This document shows, one piece after another, positions 58,077 to 64,000 of a stretch of 64,000 nucleotides of DNA. The translations under genes were made by a program, and so were the position numbers. Origin of the DNA: an uncultured delta proteobacterium (lineage in GTDB: Bacteria > Desulfobacterota > Binatia > Binatales > Binataceae); assembly GCA_963724765.1 (NCBI GenBank), contig CAVRVY010000001.1:480001-544000 (forward strand), read 5' to 3'. A model generated the notes under the pieces. The model saw only the letters and a list, made by a program, of their open reading frames with translations. It did no database searches and was not told the DNA's origin. Each line of letters opens with the position of its first letter. Position 1 is the stretch's first letter.

Positions 58077-60566
58077 ATGAAGACAGCGCTCAAGAATAAA
58101 TCGGCTCAAAGTATAGTCGTTGTTCTCGTCGCTATCGCCGAATTGCTGTTCAGCGTTGGCGCGCAATCGCAAGAGCCGGTTGCCGTCGCCGGGAACCATC
58201 CTTTGGCGAGCATCCAAACCTGGCAGCCGGCTGCGGCCGGACTCCAACTCCATCTGATGGCGGTGCTGGGGTTGCGCGACACCGACCAGCTCGAGCAACT
58301 GAAGGACCAACTCCAGCAACCGGGCTCCCCTGCATACCATCAATGGCTGAGTAGCGCTGACTTCGCGCGTCGGTTTGGCCCAACCGGCGCTCAACTGCAC
58401 GCCGTGACCGATTGGCTCAGAGGCAGCGGCTTCACGATTGACTCCGCCGACCTCGGCACGCGGGAAGTACGATTCAGCGGGTCAGTGGAGCAAGTGCAGC
58501 AGGCGCTGGGCACCGCGATCGTGAGCAACGGTTCGCAGTTTGCCAACCTTACCGATCCACAGATTCCGGCCGGCCTGGCCGGCTCGATCGTGGCGATTTT
58601 CGGCCTGAACAATCTAGGTCCCAGTCCGGCGGCGACGCCCACGCCGGCCGCGGCGCTCGGAGCGATGTCGCCGCTCGCAATAGTTCCCGGCAACAAGCAC
58701 TTTTCGCCGCAGGATTTCTGGCTCTTCTACAACGAGGCTCCCCCTACCAACCCGGGCGCCAACGGCGGCACCACGGCGCCCGATTGTATCGCGCTGCTGG
58801 AGATCGCCACCTTGCCGGCCGTTCCGTCACCGTCCGCTTCGCCAACACCCTCGGTGCTCAATATCTTCACCAGCCAGTTCAATATTCCCACCACCCAAAT
58901 CGAGATCGTTCCGACTGATCCAAACACCCCGCCGAGCCAGCCCGGGGATAATGAGCCGCCGCTCGATGTAGAGTGGGCTCATTCGGTAGCGCCCAATACA
59001 CCGGTCCGCCTATACGTCGCTACTATTCCGAATTCCAGCACTCCAGCCTTCGATACGCTATCGCTGGCAGTCAGCCAGAACGTCTGTGGCGTGATCAGTT
59101 CGAGCATCGACGATCAGCATCCCTGCCCCGATTTGGCGCAGATTCACGCCTATGCCCAGGCTGATACGCAAGCCGTGATACAGGGTCAGACGTTATTTCA
59201 CTCCTCCGGCGACTACGGCTCCTTCTATCCCTGCGGACAACCGGCGAGCACACCGGGGCAGACCGGAGTCCAGCCCAGTATCGAGGAAAGTTCGGCCAGC
59301 TCCGACGTGACCGTGGTCGGCGGCACCCAGTTCAATCCGGTTTACGATGCTAACGGCAACACCTCGGTCCTGGCGCCAGGATTCGAACAGGTGTGGCAGA
59401 ACTTCACTTCACTACCGACGCCGACCCCTTCGGCGCCTGCGAAAGGCACCAGCGGCGGGGGGATCAGTGTGGTTTTCCCGGCTCCGTCTTGGCAGGCCAC
59501 CATCATCCCCTACGGGCTTACCGCACCGCTCACCATGCGTGGCGTGCCGGACGTTTCGGCCGCCGCCAGCTCCAGTCAGCCGGGCTATTGGATTGCCACC
59601 ACCAAGCCCTGCCCGGATAGCGTCACAACCTGCTTTATCGGCGACGGAGGAACCAGCGCCAGTTCGCCGATCTGGGCTGGAATTTCGCGCTTGCTCGCGC
59701 AAAGTTTTAACACCACGCGCCTAGGCAATATCAATCCGCAACTCTATCAACTGGCGGCCAGCCGAAGTCCGGCCCTGGTCGACGTGTCGCAATTCGGCAA
59801 TAACTGCACGTTCGATACCTGCAGTGCCTACCCGGGTTATCAGGTTGGCCCGGGCTACGATTTGGGCACCGGCCTGGGCAGTCCCAACATCCAAAACCTG
59901 ATCGCGGCATTCCAGCCGACTGCCGGGGCGCACGCCAGCGCCTCCAACAGCGTTTCCAACGGACGAATCGGCCAGACCGTGCCCGGAGGCACCTTGAGCG
60001 TGACCAACACCACCAACTCGACCGAGACGATCAATACAGTGACCGTGGCATTGAGCAACCCGGGCTTGTTCTCCAACCTGACCATGAGCGGCTCAGTGAA
60101 CGGCGCAGCAACACAAATCGCCTTCACCGGGACTCTGGGCAACAATACGGGTTTCACCTTCAATCCGCCGCTAAGCATGCCGGCTGGCGCCGTGGCGCAG
60201 TTCACGCTGAACGCCACACTCTCGCCTAACGCGGCGCGGGCCGACACTCCGGTGAACTATGCCAGTCTGCTGCCCGGAGGCAGATCGCGCAGCGCGCTGC
60301 CGATGGGCGCAGCCTTGGGACTGCTGGGAGTCGGCCTTCTGGCGGCGCCCGATGGTCGGCGCCGGCGCGTGATCGTAATCGCGGCGCTGATCACGTTGCT
60401 GGCCTCCAGCCAGATTGGCTGCGGCGGCAGCAGTTCGGGTATTGTCGTGCTGAATTCTTCGCAGCAGCAGGTGCCGGCGGGCGGCGTTGCCACAACCAAC
60501 GCGTACGGAGCGGTGGGCGTGCAAGGCTTGCCGGCCACCATGAGCACGATCCGATTAGTCAGCTAG
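58077..60566 (+). CDS. Sedolisin/kumamolisin (S53) peptidase with pro-domain and C-terminal membrane segments
   Basis: PGSP.YHQWL...F..RFGP pro-domain, E...LDVEW.H..AP, SSGD.G, GGTQ, RGVPDVS, GGTSASSP, YD..TGLGS. Confidence 0.92.
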   Translation: MKTALKNKSAQSIVVVLVAIAELLFSVGAQSQEPVAVAGNHPLASIQTWQPAAAGLQLHLMAVLGLRDTDQLEQLKDQLQQPGSPAYHQWLSSADFARRFGPTGAQLHAVTDWLRGSGFTIDSADLGTREVRFSGSVEQVQQALGTAIVSNGSQFANLTDPQIPAGLAGSIVAIFGLNNLGPSPAATPTPAAALGAMSPLAIVPGNKHFSPQDFWLFYNEAPPTNPGANGGTTAPDCIALLEIATLPAVPSPSASPTPSVLNIFTSQFNIPTTQIEIVPTDPNTPPSQPGDNEPPLDVEWAHSVAPNTPVRLYVATIPNSSTPAFDTLSLAVSQNVCGVISSSIDDQHPCPDLAQIHAYAQADTQAVIQGQTLFHSSGDYGSFYPCGQPASTPGQTGVQPSIEESSASSDVTVVGGTQFNPVYDANGNTSVLAPGFEQVWQNFTSLPTPTPSAPAKGTSGGGISVVFPAPSWQATIIPYGLTAPLTMRGVPDVSAAASSSQPGYWIATTKPCPDSVTTCFIGDGGTSASSPIWAGISRLLAQSFNTTRLGNINPQLYQLAASRSPALVDVSQFGNNCTFDTCSAYPGYQVGPGYDLGTGLGSPNIQNLIAAFQPTAGAHASASNSVSNGRIGQTVPGGTLSVTNTTNSTETINTVTVALSNPGLFSNLTMSGSVNGAATQIAFTGTLGNNTGFTFNPPLSMPAGAVAQFTLNATLSPNAARADTPVNYASLLPGGRSRSALPMGAALGLLGVGLLAAPDGRRRRVIVIAALITLLASSQIGCGGSSSGIVVLNSSQQQVPAGGVATTNAYGAVGVQGLPATMSTIRLVS

Positions 60567-60746
60567 TCCGCTGAACCGGAGTTATCTGTTCGCCGGTGAC
60601 GCGCAAAGAATCCATTTACCGGCCTTACGACGCGCCGCTGCCCCGCGAGCGACGCTGCGGCCCTACCCAATTCGAGGCGCCCGAGCGCTCCTGATAGGCC
60701 GAAACGCAAGCGGGCGCAAGCTGGCGCGCTCTCTACGGCGCGCTTT

Positions 60747-61193
60747 CTATTTGATGTAGATCACGCCGAACTGGTTGTCGGTCACATGGCCCGCTTCGTC
60801 CATCGTGAAGTTCGAGGTGATGTAGCCGCTGGCGCCGCCAAACTGCCCTTCACCGCCCTCGACCCGCCACGTCACGGCTCCCGACTTGAGCTTCGGCTCC
60901 GGGCTGTCACTGAGATATCCCTGTCCCACCGTGCTGAAGCGCAGGCAATGATTGCCATCGCCGAAACGGATGCTGCCCGATTCCACAAATGACGTCTCGC
61001 CGGTGACCGTCACTTCCGACTCGAATGAGGCCTTGCCGCCGTCCGCCGGCTGCACGCTGCTGTGCACACCTTCGGAGCCGATCACGGTGGTCAGTGTGCA
61101 GCTCGGAGAACTCGTCATAGCCTTGAGCACATTCGGCGATTTGCCAGGCCCACCCTGTCCCTTGAACTGCATGGCATAGATGATCTGCTTCAT
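60747..61193 (-). CDS. Conserved-looking hypothetical beta-strand protein
   Basis: GGAGGAG RBS, host-like codon usage, V.GG.GQF.GA.G motif. Confidence 0.7.
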   Translation of the reverse strand: MKQIIYAMQFKGQGGPGKSPNVLKAMTSSPSCTLTTVIGSEGVHSSVQPADGGKASFESEVTVTGETSFVESGSIRFGDGNHCLRFSTVGQGYLSDSPEPKLKSGAVTWRVEGGEGQFGGASGYITSNFTMDEAGHVTDNQFGVIYIK

Positions 61194-61308
61194 AGCTCGG
61201 TCTCCTCCGTGATGGTTTCCCGCGCTTGGCGGGTGAGTAACTGCAAATCAGTGAAAAGGCAATGTTGCTTTCGTCCGTCCTGCGCTTTGCACGCGCGAAA
61301 TCAGGAAT

Positions 61309-63333
61309 CTAATATTCGATCGGTCTGACAGTGTACTTGTAGAGGTCCTTCCAATAGCGCTCCAGCACGCTATCGTCGGCGCAGCGCGTGCATTCCAGGT
61401 CCATATCGGATACCGCTATAAGCCCCTTCTTGATTAGTGTTTCGGCGTAAGCGCCGCGATCGATGAGCTTGGTGACCCCGCGCTCAGCGGCGATTTGCCG
61501 CCGCAGGCGCTCCGTCGCTTCTGCATCGATCGCGAAGGTCACCGGATCGATTGCCACGCCGTAATGATCGCGGGCGCTTTGCGGCGAGACTAGGCGGCGG
61601 ACCACGTCCATCCGTACCTCCTCGAGCGCGCGCTCCAACGGATCTCCCCAGCCACCGCCACCGGGCGTAGCCAGACGCACCGTGTCGCCCGCCTTGATCG
61701 GTACGACGTCGCGGCTGAAGTAGACGTACTCCTCACGCGGCGTGCCGGGATTCTTGACCGAATATCCGGGGGCGCCGGGTTTGCCCCCTTTGATACCGAT
61801 ACAGCCGAACGCGGTGCGCTCGGTCACCGTGAGGTAAAAGCCGTCGACCAGGCTGCGCATCTCCTTGATGTAGCCGAGGCCGCCCCGGTACTTGCCAGCG
61901 CCGCCCGAATCGCAGGCCAGGCCGACGCGTTCGACCACCACCGGAAAGCGCTGCTCGATGAACTCGGCGGGCAGGTTTTTGGAGTAGGGCACCAGGTCGA
62001 CCGCGTCGGTGCCGTCGGCATAGGGACGCGCGCCCGATCCGGCACCGAAAATCTCGCGCAACAGGAACAGCTTACCTTGGGCGTCGCGCCCGCAGAATCC
62101 GTAGATCTGGATGTTCTGCATGTCGGCGACCACATGGCCGTCGAACGCCTTGGCCATCGCCACTGTGTAGGCGCTGATGGTGCGCAGCATACAGGTCATG
62201 CGGCTGACCACCGGCGCGGGAAATTCCGCGCTGAGTACGGTGCGCTTGGGCACATAGCAGCGAAAGACCTGGCTCACGCCGTCGTTGATGATCACACCGG
62301 GAATCTGCGCCTTGAAAAATGCGCCGAGCCATTTCGAGTAGTGACGGCCGTCGAGCGGCCAGTTGACCGGTCCCTGGGTTTGCGGGCTGGTGCCGTCGAA
62401 GTCGAGGATTATTTTTTCGGGATACTTGCGTACGGTTAGCTTCAGCTTGACCGGCTTGTCCAGCGTAAGGCCGTCGTTTTCGACGAAATCCTCGCCCACG
62501 AATTCGCCGTCGGGCACCAGCGGCAGTCCCTCGCTTCGCAACACCTCGGCGCAGCGGTCGATGATCGCGTAAAAGGCCGCTTCGACCCGGTCGCCGCCGA
62601 AGCGCTCGCATAGCTCACGCACACGCCGTCTGATCACCTCATTGGCGCCGACGAAGGCGTCGATATCGCCACGCATGTCCTCAGGAAAGCGGCTGTTGCG
62701 GAGCAGGATGTCGTAAATGCCCTCCTGCAAGACCCGGCGAGAATAGAGCTTGACCGGCGGGCAAATCGTCCCCTCCTCGAAGATACTGGTCGAGGTGTTG
62801 GGCCAGGAGCCCGGCACTCGCCCGCCCACGTCATTGACGTGACCGAAAATCTGCGCGAACGCGATCAACCGGCCGTCCCAGAAAATCGGTGTGACCACGC
62901 AGTAATCGGGCAGATGGCCGATAGTGCCGGCGGACCCGTAAACATCGTTGTAGATGAAAACGTCGCCCTCGGCGATCTGGTCGAGCGGGAACTTCATCCG
63001 GATCGGATCGGCGGTGGCTGCCCATGACACCCGCGAAACCGACAGGCAATCGGCCGAGTTGAGCGACGCGCGATAGTCGTGCTGCTCGCGCACGATCGTG
63101 GAGCGGGCGGCGCGCTCGACCGCCGCCTCGGCCTCGACTATAGCGGCGTCCACGCCGCCGTCGACAATGTCGACGAGGATCGGATCCAGCCCGGTGCGCA
63201 GTTCCTTGATCAGCCGCGCGGCTTCGGGATCCATCGCGACCTGTCCATAGCGGAAGGGCGCGTAGTCGGCGAACGCGCGCGCCTCGTCGGCTTTGTCGTA
63301 GTAGGTTTGGGACATCTTCCGCTCATCTGACAT
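61309..63333 (-). CDS. Hydantoinase B / oxoprolinase family protein
   Basis: S..VRE..D, GD.FI.ND.Y, HLPD, H..DVGG..PGS, DSGGAG.YRGG, TPGGGG.GDP. Confidence 0.9.
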   Translation of the reverse strand: MSDERKMSQTYYDKADEARAFADYAPFRYGQVAMDPEAARLIKELRTGLDPILVDIVDGGVDAAIVEAEAAVERAARSTIVREQHDYRASLNSADCLSVSRVSWAATADPIRMKFPLDQIAEGDVFIYNDVYGSAGTIGHLPDYCVVTPIFWDGRLIAFAQIFGHVNDVGGRVPGSWPNTSTSIFEEGTICPPVKLYSRRVLQEGIYDILLRNSRFPEDMRGDIDAFVGANEVIRRRVRELCERFGGDRVEAAFYAIIDRCAEVLRSEGLPLVPDGEFVGEDFVENDGLTLDKPVKLKLTVRKYPEKIILDFDGTSPQTQGPVNWPLDGRHYSKWLGAFFKAQIPGVIINDGVSQVFRCYVPKRTVLSAEFPAPVVSRMTCMLRTISAYTVAMAKAFDGHVVADMQNIQIYGFCGRDAQGKLFLLREIFGAGSGARPYADGTDAVDLVPYSKNLPAEFIEQRFPVVVERVGLACDSGGAGKYRGGLGYIKEMRSLVDGFYLTVTERTAFGCIGIKGGKPGAPGYSVKNPGTPREEYVYFSRDVVPIKAGDTVRLATPGGGGWGDPLERALEEVRMDVVRRLVSPQSARDHYGVAIDPVTFAIDAEATERLRRQIAAERGVTKLIDRGAYAETLIKKGLIAVSDMDLECTRCADDSVLERYWKDLYKYTVRPIEY

Positions 63334-63379
63334 ATGACTTCTCTTTCCGCGGCCTCAGCGTGTACGGAAGCCGCGCAGC

Positions 63380-64000
63380 TCAGCTTCGGGACATGACCAG
63401 ATTGCCGAAAGGGTCGATCGTGCCCTGCCATCCCGGCTCGATAACCGTGGTCGAGTCGTATTGCTCGACAATCGAAGGACCAGTGACGGTATTTCCCGCC
63501 AGCATCAGCTCTCGGGCATATATAGGACAGTCGGCGGTCTCGCGGCCCTGGTTTACATGGATGCGGCTGGTGGCTTTGAGCGCAGCACCGGCATCGGGAC
63601 TGCCCGCGCGCAGTTGAGGTACCGGCGGTCGCTTGATTAGACCAAGCCCGGTAACCCCGATGTTGACCAGCTCGGCGACCTCCTTACCTTCATACGAGTA
63701 GCCGTAGAGATCGCGATGATTCGCATGAAAGGTCGCGATCGCTTGAGCGATCGCGTCGGCAAGTTCTTCGCTGCGCTCACGCGGAACCAGCGGCACGCGT
63801 AACTCGTAGCCCTGGCCCGCATAGCGAAGATCCGCGAAGTGCATCAGGCGAACCTGGTCGAGCGCGATTCCGCCGCGGGTGAGACGCTCGCGGATGCGCG
63901 ATTCGAGGTCGCGCAGCTCGTGCCTTATCTGATCGAGGTCGATCCGGTCCTCGCGTTGCACGTCGGTATGTACTAGGTCGACCCGCACATCAGTCAGCAG
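63380..64000 (-). CDS. Hydantoinase A / oxoprolinase family protein, C-terminal part (runs off the window)
   Basis: DLRYAGQGYEL, F...H..LYG, GP.IVEQ.DSTTV. Confidence 0.85.
   Translation of the reverse strand: MLTDVRVDLVHTDVQREDRIDLDQIRHELRDLESRIRERLTRGGIALDQVRLMHFADLRYAGQGYELRVPLVPRERSEELADAIAQAIATFHANHRDLYGYSYEGKEVAELVNIGVTGLGLIKRPPVPQLRAGSPDAGAALKATSRIHVNQGRETADCPIYARELMLAGNTVTGPSIVEQYDSTTVIEPGWQGTIDPFGNLVMSRS

Noticed and set aside
60688-60712. CTGATAGGCCGAAAC resembling a hammerhead ribozyme core
   Set aside because: It lacks the CUGANGA consensus and a stem II, and I see no supporting flanking helices.
1-64000. tRNA-anchored integrative element or prophage explaining the island
   Set aside because: No tRNA, site-specific integrase, att repeat pair, phage gene or conjugation gene was recognised.

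Overview
High-GC Gram-negative bacterial DNA. The gene content resembles soil Binatota/Acidobacteria-like lineages, but that is an inference. Housekeeping-type catabolic genes sit at both ends (F420-type LLM oxidoreductase, amidohydrolase, isochorismatase and RidA on the left; hydantoinase A/B on the right). Between them is a ~55 kb mosaic accessory region with four parts. (1) A Cu/Ag cusCBA efflux operon. (2) An unusually complete arsenic island: acr3 <- arsR-arsC fusion, gap-arsJ, orphan pstS, arsR2, arsM, a rhodanese-type sulfurtransferase, and an ArsC-VOC/ArsI-like fusion interrupted by one in-frame TAG. (3) A probable sigma54-controlled envelope/lipid module with three copies of a tandem-palindrome enhancer plus -24/-12 promoter, a membrane-embedded histidine kinase with an NtrC-type activator, type III PKS-FAD oxidoreductase-YceI, CDP-alcohol phosphatidyltransferase, flippase-like protein, PAP2, GT-C transferase, ABC exporter, cytochrome c and class III aminotransferase. 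It shows traces of an old inverted duplication with reciprocal gene loss. (4) An intact IS630, IS21/integrase remnants, OmpA, a methyltransferase-GT-sulfotransferase polysaccharide cluster and two secreted acid-protease-type proteins. No rRNA, tRNA or CRISPR array was recognised. Three genes each carry one single-base homopolymer deletion that may be a sequencing error.
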